Virus record (IMG/VR): IMGVR_UViG_3300043570_000986
Coordinates: 1-64,000 of that record
Source of the DNA: a virus
Length of the DNA stretch: 64,000 bases
Reading direction: 5' to 3' (one strand)
Of this stretch, positions 27,076 through 37,700 are shown piece by piece. The notes beneath the pieces are model-generated. The model saw only the letters and a program-made list of their open reading frames with translations, was not told where the DNA came from and ran no database searches. The position numbers were made by a program, and so were the translations under genes. Positions within the stretch are counted from its first letter, which is position 1. Each line of letters starts with the position of its first letter.

Positions 27076-27516
27076 ATGATTTCAGCTATTAAAAATATAA
27101 AAAGAGTATTTTCTCAAAATGGAGGAAGTGGTGGAGCTGCTGTTAACTTAGTAGGCTCTCCATGTGAAATCCAATTAGCTGCAAGTGATGAATCTACTGC
27201 TTTAACAACAGGTACATCTAAGGTTAGCTTTAGAATGCCTTACGCTATGACCTTAACAGAAGTTAGAGCTTCTTTAGTTACTGCTCAAGCAAGTGGAACT
27301 ATATTTACAGTAGATATTAATGAGGCAGGAGTTAGTGTTTTATCAACTTTATTAACAATAGATAATACTGAATTAACTAGTGTAACTGCTGCAACACCTC
27401 CTGTAATATCAGATAGTGGTTTAGCAGATGATGCTTTAATAACTATTGATATTGACCAAATAGGAGATGGTACTGCTAAAGGTTTAAAGATATTATTAAA
27501 AGGAACTAGGGCATGA
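27076..27516 (+). CDS. short tail-fibre/appendage protein
   Basis: FRMPYAMTLTEVRAS...AKGLK domain typical of fibre C-termini. Confidence 0.6.
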   Translation: MISAIKNIKRVFSQNGGSGGAAVNLVGSPCEIQLAASDESTALTTGTSKVSFRMPYAMTLTEVRASLVTAQASGTIFTVDINEAGVSVLSTLLTIDNTELTSVTAATPPVISDSGLADDALITIDIDQIGDGTAKGLKILLKGTRA

Positions 27517-29105
27517 TAATAAATCCGTACATATATGGAGTTGCATCTACCTATGACCCAGATGCTCAACTATTTTTTAATGCTCAAACAGCAGCAGGAG
27601 TAACTCTTTCTACTACTGAAAAAAATGCTGTTAATCAATGGGTAGTAGATAGCAAAGCAGCAGGTATATGGGCTAAGTTTAAAGCTATTTATCCTTTTGT
27701 AGGAAGCACAGCAACATCTCAAAAGTTCAACCTTAAAAATCCTTTAGATACCAATGCAGCCTTTAGACTAAGTTTTGTAGGTGGTGGAACTCATAGTTCT
27801 AATGGCTACCAACCTAATGGTATAAATGCCTATGCAGATACTTTTTTAATACCAGCACCAAATTTATTGGTAAATAGTACCCACTTATCTTACTATTCAA
27901 GAACAACAAGTAATGGTCTTGAAGTAGAAATTGGATGTCGAGATTTATCAATGAATAGTTCTTTGCTTGAAATAAGAACTACTGGAGTAACTTATGGAGC
28001 ATTAAATAGTTCTCCAACTTATATAAGTTTTACAGATTCTGATAGTAAAGGGATGTACACATTAAATAGAAGTGCATCAAATGTTGTTAAAATATTTAAA
28101 AATAATATAATAGGTGTTAGTGGAACAACAGTAAGTACATCAGCACCCACAACCTACCCAATAACTATTGGTGCATTTAATGGAGCAGGAACTACTCAAT
28201 ACTATTCCGCTAAACAATGTGCTTTTTCAACAATAGGAGATGGGCTTACTGATTTAGAATCTCAATTATTCTACCAAATAACTGAAAAATATCAAGTAGC
28301 TTTAGGTAGAAATATAAATGCTCTACAATCATTCTACTATAATAGTGCTTATAACAATGAAACTAATGCTTTCTTATTTAGTACACAAATAACAGATAAC
28401 ACTATTCAAACTGCTACAAACACTTTAGTGAGTGATTTAAAGACTGCTAATATCTTTACTAAGATGAAAGCTATCTACCCTATGGTTGGTGGAACTGCAA
28501 CTACTTGTAAATTTAACTTAGTTAATGCACAAGATACTAATGCTGCTTATAGATTAGTGTTTAGCGGTGGTGGCACGTTTAGCGCAAACGGGTATCAGCC
28601 AAATGGAACTAATGCTTATGCAAATACTTTTTTAGCACCGTCTGCATTTTATTCAACAAACATGCACTTGTCTTACTATTCAAGAACATCTGCTATTGGA
28701 ACTGTTTTAGAAATAGGCAACTCTCAAATAATATCGGGTGGAACAACTTATTCTACATTAGCAACAGCAAGAAATTCTATTTTTGGTTTTACAACAAATG
28801 GGTTAATTAGTTATTTAGCACAAGCTAATTCTTTAGGTTTTTTCTTAGGTCAAAAATTAACAAATTCATCTAGAAAAATTTTTAGAAATGGTATTGTAAA
28901 TAATTTAACAGTAACAACTGATGCAAATAATTTACCAAATACAAATGCTTATATAGGTGCTATAAATGACAATGGAACTTCTGCATTTTATTCATCTAAA
29001 GAATGCGCCTTTGCATCAATAGGTGATGGATTAACAGATGCTGAGGCCTTAGCGTTTTACAATGCAGTTAATGCCTTCCAAGTAAGTTTAGCTAGAAATG
29101 TTTAA
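27513..29105 (+). CDS. receptor-binding/fibre protein with tandem duplicated ~265-aa lectin-like domain
   Basis: Two copies of KAIYP.VG.TA...HLSYYSRT...CAF..IGDGLTD...QV.L.RN. Confidence 0.7.
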   Translation: MIINPYIYGVASTYDPDAQLFFNAQTAAGVTLSTTEKNAVNQWVVDSKAAGIWAKFKAIYPFVGSTATSQKFNLKNPLDTNAAFRLSFVGGGTHSSNGYQPNGINAYADTFLIPAPNLLVNSTHLSYYSRTTSNGLEVEIGCRDLSMNSSLLEIRTTGVTYGALNSSPTYISFTDSDSKGMYTLNRSASNVVKIFKNNIIGVSGTTVSTSAPTTYPITIGAFNGAGTTQYYSAKQCAFSTIGDGLTDLESQLFYQITEKYQVALGRNINALQSFYYNSAYNNETNAFLFSTQITDNTIQTATNTLVSDLKTANIFTKMKAIYPMVGGTATTCKFNLVNAQDTNAAYRLVFSGGGTFSANGYQPNGTNAYANTFLAPSAFYSTNMHLSYYSRTSAIGTVLEIGNSQIISGGTTYSTLATARNSIFGFTTNGLISYLAQANSLGFFLGQKLTNSSRKIFRNGIVNNLTVTTDANNLPNTNAYIGAINDNGTSAFYSSKECAFASIGDGLTDAEALAFYNAVNAFQVSLARNV

Positions 29106-29117
29106 CAAATAAAAATT

Positions 29118-29378
29118 ATGAAACTAACAGATATAACAAGAGCAGAATACACTACTTATGTAGGACTTCTAACAGTGGAACAAAAAGATGAATTAGTAGG
29201 GCAGATGTATGCTCCAGATTGTTATTTTAATCCTATAATGGATAATGCAGATAATTGGGTTATCTCTATTGAGGAGATGGAATATAACATAAATCCTGTA
29301 TATGCTTGGGTAAAAGATTTAGACTTAATATTGTATATACCTAAAGAAAATCCTTTTCCACCAATTAGTGAAAATTAA
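29118..29378 (+). CDS. small protein, probable fibre chaperone/partner
   Basis: Follows the fibre gene. Confidence 0.55.
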   Translation: MKLTDITRAEYTTYVGLLTVEQKDELVGQMYAPDCYFNPIMDNADNWVISIEEMEYNINPVYAWVKDLDLILYIPKENPFPPISEN

Positions 29379-29383
29379 TAAAT

Positions 29384-30925
29384 ATGGGACAGTCAGCAGT
29401 AAAGAATCCTAGAAAAATATTCAGTCAAGCTGGGGCAGACCCTGCATTAAATAATCGTGTAACAAATTTAGAAAATAATGAATATAAAATCCTTTACTTC
29501 CAGACCATCAGTTCAACAACAGGCACAATCACGAAACCCACAGGTGCGACAATACTTTTGGACCAATTTTATAGTGGTGGTGATGCTCTTGTTGAAACAC
29601 TTAGTAATGGGCAACCAACTGGACAATCTCCGCTTACCATTGGTGGTGCAGTGGTATCGGTTACTAGTTTTGATACTAGTGGGAATTATGTCCTTAGTGG
29701 TACTCCTTCCGCTTATCCTGTAGCATTAGTCTACATATTTAAAATTAAAGCTATTGATTTACCTAATCTAAACATGACTAACATCATGCAAATGGATGCT
29801 AATGGGTATGTACCTTATGTAGGTGCAATTACAGATTTAGATTTAGGGGAATATGAATTAAAAGCAGGTCAAATAGAATTAGATCAAAGTCCAACAGGAA
29901 CAGCAGGTGTTGCAGTTACTAGATGGAATGATACTATTGGTAGTACAGAAACTACTTTAAAAGGTGGTAGCGTTGTTATAAAAAATGGAGTTGATTTAAT
30001 GGCTAGAGTAGTTAATAAAGTTACTCCAAACACTACATTAACTAAGGCGGCTTATCAAGTAGTTAAAGTAAGTGGCGCACAAGGTCAAAGATTAGCAATT
30101 GATTTTGCTCAAGGTAATAATGACTTAAATAGTGCGGACACAATCGGAGTAGTTACTGAAACTATTTTAACTAATCAAGAAGGCTTTATTTTAACAGTAG
30201 GTCAAATTGAAGAAATAAATACAACAGGTTCTTTACAAAGCGAAACTTGGGTAGATGGGGATGTATTATATTTAAGTCCTACAGTTGCAGGTGCTATGAC
30301 TAATATTAAACCAACTGGATTAACTGGTCATATAGTTGTTTTAGGATATGTAGAATATGCACACGCTATTCATGGTAAAATCTATGTTAAGATAATGAAT
30401 GGATGGGAATTAGATGAATTACATAACGTTTATATAAACCCAACTACATTAGCAAATAACGATGTACTGCAATACGAAAGTTCTACAAGTTTATGGAAAA
30501 ATAAACAAATAGATAATATATTTACAGTTCAATTTGAAACAGGCCCATTAAGCCCAGCGGATGCGACAACTTATTATTTTGGTGACGTAAGAATAACTCC
30601 AAATCTAACTGCAACTAATTTTAATTACAACTTAGGTTCTGCTTATACAATAATTGGTGCTAGAATAAGTATTGGTAACAATACCAGTAGTGGCACAACT
30701 GAATTAGCAACTTTACAAATTAGAAATATAACACAAAGTACAACTTCTAGTTTAGGTACATTTAGAACAGATGCTACAAGTACTTCAATTAAAGGCACTA
30801 CATTTACAGGTGCAAGTATATCCGTTGCTGCTAGTGATGATATTGTTGCTCAAATTGACTTTCCAACGTACGCTACTAATCCAACAACTATCTTAATTTT
30901 TTTAACTTTAATTTGTAAAAAATAA
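29384..30925 (+). CDS. tail fibre protein
   Basis: VPYVGAITDLDLG, GDVLYLSPTVAG, ELDELHNVYI...LQYESSTSLWKN fibre segments. Confidence 0.75.
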   Translation: MGQSAVKNPRKIFSQAGADPALNNRVTNLENNEYKILYFQTISSTTGTITKPTGATILLDQFYSGGDALVETLSNGQPTGQSPLTIGGAVVSVTSFDTSGNYVLSGTPSAYPVALVYIFKIKAIDLPNLNMTNIMQMDANGYVPYVGAITDLDLGEYELKAGQIELDQSPTGTAGVAVTRWNDTIGSTETTLKGGSVVIKNGVDLMARVVNKVTPNTTLTKAAYQVVKVSGAQGQRLAIDFAQGNNDLNSADTIGVVTETILTNQEGFILTVGQIEEINTTGSLQSETWVDGDVLYLSPTVAGAMTNIKPTGLTGHIVVLGYVEYAHAIHGKIYVKIMNGWELDELHNVYINPTTLANNDVLQYESSTSLWKNKQIDNIFTVQFETGPLSPADATTYYFGDVRITPNLTATNFNYNLGSAYTIIGARISIGNNTSSGTTELATLQIRNITQSTTSSLGTFRTDATSTSIKGTTFTGASISVAASDDIVAQIDFPTYATNPTTILIFLTLICKK

Positions 30926-31092
30926 TGAAAACTTACGAGATTAAATACGAACCAATTACTATTGATGGTAAAGTTATTGATAAATATAACATCTATTATT
31001 ATATAGATAATGTTTTAGAAAATAAAGAATTTTATGGATATAATTTAGAATTACCGTTAATTAAAATAAGAGAAAATTATAATTTAAAATAA
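30925..31092 (+). CDS. 55-aa protein (MKTYEIKYEP...), possible fibre chaperone
   Basis: Hand-translated; TAATG coupling. Confidence 0.6.
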   Translation: MKTYEIKYEPITIDGKVIDKYNIYYYIDNVLENKEFYGYNLELPLIKIRENYNLK

Positions 31093-31108
31093 AAGAACTT
31101 AAAAAACT

Positions 31109-31507
31109 ATGAATGCCTCAGAATTAATATTTGGAATAAAAGACGTAGTAGCAATTATCATAGGATTAGGTTCTATAGTTAGTTTTGTTTATGTTATAAA
31201 ATCAAGTTCAGAAAAAGCTAACATTAAAATATCTGAAGTTAATGATGAATTAGATGAATTTAAAAAAGTTGTAACTGAGAAGTTTTTACATTCTAAAAAT
31301 ACAAAAAAAGCAACAGTAGAATATATCATGGATACAGTAGAAAAAAAAGAGAATTTAATTTACAGTAAAATAACTGAAATAAAAAGTGAACAAGAAGTAG
31401 CTCACAATAAGTTATGGAACAAGTTAGACACTGTAGAGAAGATGCAGCAAAACATTAGTAATAATTTAGCTGAACTAACAGGTTATTTAAAAGCTAAAAA
31501 TATTTAG
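31109..31507 (+). CDS. TM plus coiled-coil protein (holin/lysis-associated candidate)
   Basis: N-terminal TM; directly upstream of the lysin. Confidence 0.5.
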   Translation: MNASELIFGIKDVVAIIIGLGSIVSFVYVIKSSSEKANIKISEVNDELDEFKKVVTEKFLHSKNTKKATVEYIMDTVEKKENLIYSKITEIKSEQEVAHNKLWNKLDTVEKMQQNISNNLAELTGYLKAKNI

Positions 31508-31509
31508 TT

Positions 31510-32055
31510 ATGAAAAAATACAAAGTTGAAGAATTACAATTACAATTTAACAAGTTAGGTTATAAGTGGTTGCCATTTCAGATAGTTGGTATTAGATCAA
31601 AAACAGATAGTCCAAATAAGTTTGATGACTTAATAGGACTTATTGAAAAAAATAATATCACTTGGTTTACAGGTACAACTAATCCTGGAGTACATTGGTT
31701 AAAGAATTTACTAAATCCAAAAGGTGCAGCATTACTTAAACCTAATCAGTATTTAGATACTTGGAAATTAGATTTACATCAAGGTAAATACTTAGCTCTT
31801 TGTCAAAGAAAACCTGTAACTGTTTACAGAGATTCTAATAAGAATAATTTTGCTGAAGAAACAGCAATAGTTGATACAGGATTATTTGGTATTAATATAC
31901 ATAGAGCAAATCCATCTGTAATATCTAGTATAATAGATAAATATTCGGCGGGCTGTCAAGTATTAAATGATCCTACTGATTTTAACTTCTTAATAAAAAG
32001 ATGTAAAGAATCAGGATTAAAAGATTTTAGTTATGTTTTACTTAAAGAATTTTAA
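31510..32055 (+). CDS. endolysin candidate (YkuD-like His/Cys fold)
   Basis: VGIR...FDD...GTTNPG...GINIHRA...SAGCQV. Confidence 0.7.
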   Translation: MKKYKVEELQLQFNKLGYKWLPFQIVGIRSKTDSPNKFDDLIGLIEKNNITWFTGTTNPGVHWLKNLLNPKGAALLKPNQYLDTWKLDLHQGKYLALCQRKPVTVYRDSNKNNFAEETAIVDTGLFGINIHRANPSVISSIIDKYSAGCQVLNDPTDFNFLIKRCKESGLKDFSYVLLKEF

Positions 32056-32245
32056 TATGACAAAGAAAAGAATAGCAGACTATGGAGCAACAGTACTAAG
32101 TTTAATAGTAGCAATAGCTTCTGCATGGATGACAATAGATTGGACAACTTTTGATATTAAAAAAGAATGGCCTAAATTAGTACTTTCTGCAGTTATTGCT
32201 GCAGGTGGTTATGTGTCAACTTTTAAATTAAAGAATAAAGCATAA
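32033..32245 (+). CDS. holin candidate
   Basis: Two TM segments, basic tail; true start likely the second Met (32057). Confidence 0.55.
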   Translation: MFYLKNFNMTKKRIADYGATVLSLIVAIASAWMTIDWTTFDIKKEWPKLVLSAVIAAGGYVSTFKLKNKA

Positions 32246-32251
32246 TTAAAT

Positions 32252-32836
32252 ATGTGGTCTAAAATAAAAGATAATTGGAATTTAATAGCTACAGTTTTAA
32301 TAATCTGTGTAATATTTTTATGGGGTAAAAGTTGTGGAACTAAAGAGTTTAAACCTGAAGAACCTACTGTTATTACTATAACTAATTACAGAGATACTAT
32401 ATTTCCTAAAGATACTATTTATGAAAGTAAGTGGTATCCTAGTAAACCTAAACATGATACAGTATGGGTACCTTTAGATTCAGTAGATTGTAATAAAGTA
32501 TTAGTATATAATGATACTATTAAAAAAGTTGAATATGAAGCATATACTCAAACTACTATTCAAGGTGTGTTAAGAGATATAAAGTTAGGTATTAAACTTA
32601 AAGTTCCTTTAATGATTAAAGATTGTACAGTAGTTAAAAAAGATAGTTTGATCTATAGACCATATAAATATGAAATACATGGTGGATTAATTGTAGGACT
32701 TACAATGTTAGCACCTACAATTGATTTAAGTATAGACAGATGTACTTATAGTATTGGATATAATCCATTTAATAGACAACCTATAATTGGATTTAAATAT
32801 AGAATGTTTGGTTGGACACCTAAAAAGAAAAAATAA
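32252..32836 (+). CDS. spanin-like membrane/lipoprotein
   Basis: TM/lipobox-like GKSC, DT[IV] repeats, C-terminal beta strands; lysis cassette. Confidence 0.5.
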   Translation: MWSKIKDNWNLIATVLIICVIFLWGKSCGTKEFKPEEPTVITITNYRDTIFPKDTIYESKWYPSKPKHDTVWVPLDSVDCNKVLVYNDTIKKVEYEAYTQTTIQGVLRDIKLGIKLKVPLMIKDCTVVKKDSLIYRPYKYEIHGGLIVGLTMLAPTIDLSIDRCTYSIGYNPFNRQPIIGFKYRMFGWTPKKKK

Positions 32837-32838
32837 TT

Positions 32839-33519
32839 ATGTTAAGTTTACGGAAAATTGTTGCAGATATTAGAAATATTGCTGATTCAGGTGAGAATAA
32901 CTACTCATTTAGAATTAGTGATGAACAATTTGCTTTTTGGATAAGTGAAATAAGATCAATGCTTATTTCTCAAGCTGTTAGTAAACGTCAAGATATTTCA
33001 GATATTTGGGTACAGTCAATACCTTGTCTAGAATTAGAATTAGTTGATAATTCTGATTGTTGTATTATTACAACAGATTGTTATATTCTTAGAACTAAAG
33101 TAAGATTACCATCTACTATTGAAACTAGTAGTGATAATTTTATATTAAGAGTTACTACTCCAACAGGAGATATTATATCTAAATCAAATCCTTTTGAAGT
33201 TAAATATAATAAGTATAATAAATATACTTCTAAAAAAGCTAATTGGTATCTTCAAGATGGATATTTATATATTACTTCAGAATTACTTTTGGAATATGTA
33301 AATATATTTGCTATCTTTGAAAATCCGGAAGAACTAGTTGAATATTCTACTTGTGGAGGTTCAGCATGTTTTAACTGGGATAGTAATTATCCATGTTCAT
33401 TGAAGATGGCTAATGATATAACAAATATTATTATGCAAACTAAAGTAATGCCTTTCTTACAAATGCCACATGATACTAGTAATGATGCATTATCTCAAAA
33501 TCAATTAGGTAAAAAATGA
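32839..33519 (+). CDS. tail ring protein
   Basis: Synteny; RSMLISQ, DGYLYI, AIFENPEE motifs. Confidence 0.65.
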   Translation: MLSLRKIVADIRNIADSGENNYSFRISDEQFAFWISEIRSMLISQAVSKRQDISDIWVQSIPCLELELVDNSDCCIITTDCYILRTKVRLPSTIETSSDNFILRVTTPTGDIISKSNPFEVKYNKYNKYTSKKANWYLQDGYLYITSELLLEYVNIFAIFENPEELVEYSTCGGSACFNWDSNYPCSLKMANDITNIIMQTKVMPFLQMPHDTSNDALSQNQLGKK

Positions 33520-34007
33520 TAGAATTTAAAGCAACTAAAAGAACTAAAGGAAAATTTACTAAAGATTTATCAACTAAAGATTTTTACAAAGATTATTGTA
33601 GAGCATCTTTTAACAACAAAAGAATACCTGTTGACTATGCTGTATATTATAAAGTTGTAAGAGCATTTAATAAATCTTTACAAAGTAAAATAGTTAGTGA
33701 AGCTGGATCTTTTAAGATGCCATATAATTTAGGTTATCTAGGAATTATTAAATATGATGTCAACTTTGACATAGATAAAATAAAAAACTGGAAAGTTAAT
33801 TATGGTGAATCTAAAAAACAAGGTATGTTAATTTACTATGATCAACCATTTAGATATAAATGGAAATGGGATAAAACTAAATTAAAACTTACAGGTAAAA
33901 AATATTATAAATTTTCTCCATGTAGAGAAGCATCTAGAGCTATCCCTGAACATATTAGGAATACTCCAGGTTTTGATTATTATGAAACTTTAACTAGAAA
34001 ACAATGA
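33516..34007 (+). CDS. IHF-like protein of the crAss tail module
   Basis: FKMPYNLGYLGI, YKFSPCR; conserved position before the tail tubular protein. Confidence 0.6.
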   Translation: MIEFKATKRTKGKFTKDLSTKDFYKDYCRASFNNKRIPVDYAVYYKVVRAFNKSLQSKIVSEAGSFKMPYNLGYLGIIKYDVNFDIDKIKNWKVNYGESKKQGMLIYYDQPFRYKWKWDKTKLKLTGKKYYKFSPCREASRAIPEHIRNTPGFDYYETLTRKQ

Positions 34008-34705
34008 TAGTAAATTTTAAATCATCTAAAGCATTAATTGCTGGGTTATATAGAGATCTTGGAAACAATACTGAGATTAATGAAAGTGATATAATTGAAT
34101 GGTTGGCGGAAGCTCTATCTATGATAGGTTCTTATGCTCAAAATAAAGAAGTATCTACAGTTCTTACTGTTGCAAATCATACTGTAACATTACCTTGTGA
34201 TTTTATATATCCTAAAGATATTACCCATAATGGTAAAGCATTATCTTGGTCAACTAAATCTGCAGCTAATAATTATAAGTGTGATACTTGTAACGCAATA
34301 CCAACATGCTGTACAGATTATAATTTTTATATCTCTGATGGATGTTTAAACACATCATTAGAGTCTGGAGATTTGTGTATAGTATATCAAGCAATACCTG
34401 TAGATGAAGATGGTTTTCCATTAGTTCCAGATAATGTATATTTTGATAAAGCTTTAAAAGCTTATGTAACTTACATGTTAGATAAAATACAATTTAGAAG
34501 AGGATTAGTTCCTGAAGTTGTCTTTAGAATGTCAGAAAAAGATTGGTATTTTTATGTTAACTCTGCTAGAGGTTCAGCATATATGCCTGATGCTGCTCAA
34601 ATGGATAGATTACAAAAAGTTTGGGTAAGATTAATTCCTAAACCACATGAGTTTTCTAATAACTTTAGAAATCTTGAAAATCATGAAAGAAGAAATTTAA
34701 GATAA
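34004..34705 (+). CDS. tail tubular / ring protein (P22 gp4-like role)
   Basis: IIEWLAEAL, LPCDF, YQAIPVDEDGFPLVPD. Confidence 0.75.
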   Translation: MIVNFKSSKALIAGLYRDLGNNTEINESDIIEWLAEALSMIGSYAQNKEVSTVLTVANHTVTLPCDFIYPKDITHNGKALSWSTKSAANNYKCDTCNAIPTCCTDYNFYISDGCLNTSLESGDLCIVYQAIPVDEDGFPLVPDNVYFDKALKAYVTYMLDKIQFRRGLVPEVVFRMSEKDWYFYVNSARGSAYMPDAAQMDRLQKVWVRLIPKPHEFSNNFRNLENHERRNLR

Positions 34706-34706
34706 T

Positions 34707-37700
34707 ATGGAAAGTATAAATTCATTTTCGTCAGGGATGAACTCTGATCAGTCTAAAACTATTTTAAATAAGGAAACTTATTTACAAGCATTGAATTTTC
34801 GTGGATTAAGTGAGCTAGGATCTTCTAATGGTTCATTAGTTAATATTAAAGGTAATGAATGTAAACTTACATTCCCTGATTTACAACCTGTTTTTAAAAT
34901 AGAAGTAATTCAAGCAGAATCTGATACGGCTAACCCTACAGATATTACTATTAATGGTGTTACAGATAGTATAGATATTTTAAATACTACTACAGGATTT
35001 GATTTATTTACATTCATAACTAGCAAATTTTCAAACTGTTATCAATATACAGGTACTACAGTAGCTACTAAAACATTTGCTGTAGCTTATGAAGATAATT
35101 ACATTGTAATTTATAATCAACCAGTATATCAAAATTGTACAACAGTAGCTTCTATTGCTCCAACAATAGTATTAACACCAGATGAAGATGATGGTACTAG
35201 AGCATTATTATATTTTATTAATCAAAATGCAGCTAATAGTTTAACTCAAAATACAGCTAAGCCATATGTGGCAGGTTGTCCAAGTTCTTTAGTTAAACCT
35301 ATTGGTTCTACATTTATATTAAATGATATTTATATATTAACAGCTACTGATAATCCAACTTATGGACCAGCAGGTGCTCCAAATGAAATACCATCTAATG
35401 ATGAATTACAATTTGGTGGAGCTATATGGAAATTAAATATTGATGATATATCTAAACAACATACATTAACTTTAGTATATTCTAATAACTTAGATTTTAC
35501 TAAATATCATCCAATTCCACCATCTGCTATTACAGGTAGATATGAGAGTATTGATATTAAACGTATATACTGGTCTGACAACTATAATAAGATTAGAACT
35601 ATAAATACAGAAGCTCCTCAATTAATGGCTTTAAATCCAACAATATTGAGTATAATGCCTCTTGTAGAATACACTCAAGGAATATTAAATTCTATAGGAA
35701 TAGGTTCTTTACCTGCTGGATGCTATCAGTTAGCTTATAGATTATCTAAAGTACTAGGTTCTGTAACTAATTTTTCTGAATTAAGTAATCCAGTATACCT
35801 TACAACTAGTCCTGAATCTAATGCTTTTCATTTATATGAAGGTGGACTTGGTGCTACAGGTAAAAACATTACTTGGAAATTAGATAATTTAGATTTAAAT
35901 TTTGATCAAATTGAATCTATTATAATATATAGAAGTTCAGATTCTTCAATACCTACAATAACATCTTTAGGTGTTCAAACAATATCTAGTACAATGAATA
36001 TTGTTTACAGTGATCCTAATGCTACAACTAATAGTGAAATTACACTAGATGAATTTTTATTATTTAATGGTACATTTACACATGCTAAAACTTGTGATAC
36101 AAAAGATAATAGATTGTTTTGGGGTAATGTTAGAGCTCCAAGAAAAGATTTAGAGCTTTATGATGCTAGAGCTTTTAGAGCTAATGATGCAGGTGAAATA
36201 AGATTAGTTAATAATGCAGATGGTGGAGCACCATATACTTTTTCTCAAGCTAAAGCATTAGCACAAACTGAAGATACTATTAACGAATATTATAATTCTA
36301 ATACCGGAGATTATTCAACAAATGCTTGTTATTTAAAACCAACTGATTTAACAAAATTAGGAGGAGAAGGTGCAAATATTTCATATGAATTTGGTACATA
36401 TATATTATCAACAGATGATCAAGCAGGTCCACAAGGAGAAGATAATTGGGATTTATATATTAATCATGTAGGTTCTCCATATAGAGGTTCTATTACAGAA
36501 TCATCTCCTATTACTAATAGTAATTTAGTTTATAGTTATCCTCAAAATGGAAAATTTGCCGCTTTAAAACAACCTGAAAGAACTTCAATCTTAAAAGGAT
36601 TTCAACATGAAGAAATTTATAGATTTGGTATTCAGTTTTTTGATAAAGAAGGTAATCCTTATTTTACTAAATGGATAGGTGATATTAAAATGCCTAGTTA
36701 TGGGGATAAAAATGATAATCCAGGTGGTTCAGTAAATGATTTTAGATTATCATATCAAGGAGCGTTTAATGATATTATATCACAAGCATTGTATATTAAA
36801 TTTACAGTTGATATTTCTTTCATTCAAGATTTAATAGGAGGTTATCAAATAGTTAGAGTTAAAAGAGAAGGTACTAATAAAACTATTTGGGGAGTAGGAT
36901 TAATTAACCCTATGATTTCTTATGATGGAACTGACGGAGGAGGCACTGCTTCTTTACCTGCAGGATTTGAAAGTGAGTTTACTAACTTTACAATGCCTCC
37001 TGTATTTGGACCTGTTCCTTTTCCTAGAAGATATTATAAACCATATCCTTCACAAGATTCTGTTGAAACATTAAATATTTCTTATGATAATTCTTCTAAT
37101 CCTAATTTTGCAAGATTTAAAACATTTGATTGTTGGGATTTTGATTTAGGTAATAGACCATCATTTGCAAATACTGATAAATTATTTATTAGAAGTAGAT
37201 TAGAGTCTGTAAATTACAGAAATTCAGCAGGTGGTTATAGACAATGGTTTGATAAAGATTATGGGACAACAGCAGGACAAGAAGTTCCAACAGATGCAGC
37301 AAGTATAGATAATGGTACAACTCCACCTTTTTTTTCATCTTTAGGTTCAAATAATGATAATTCACATCAACCATTTTTTATATTTAAATTAGTTGATAAT
37401 TTTTTACATACTGATTATACTCAATTTGTAACAAGTGGTACAAATAAATTTAATTATAATTTAGTACATGCTGAATATATTCCAGGTAATGATTCTATTA
37501 CATGGTCAGGTTATTCAATTAATAATAAAGGATTAGATAATCCAATTGCTCCAGCTACTACAACAGGCAGCCCAGCAGGAGGTAAACAAACTTTATTTTT
37601 AGTAGTATCAAATAATCTTCCCAATACTAAAGCTTCTTTATTTACAAGTGACAATGATGCTGCATTTAATTATAACTGTACAGATACTTCAAATCCATTT

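Noticed and set aside
27513-30925. Diversity-generating retroelement acting on fibres
   Set aside because: Duplicated domains differ at all base types, not only adenines, and no reverse transcriptase is present.
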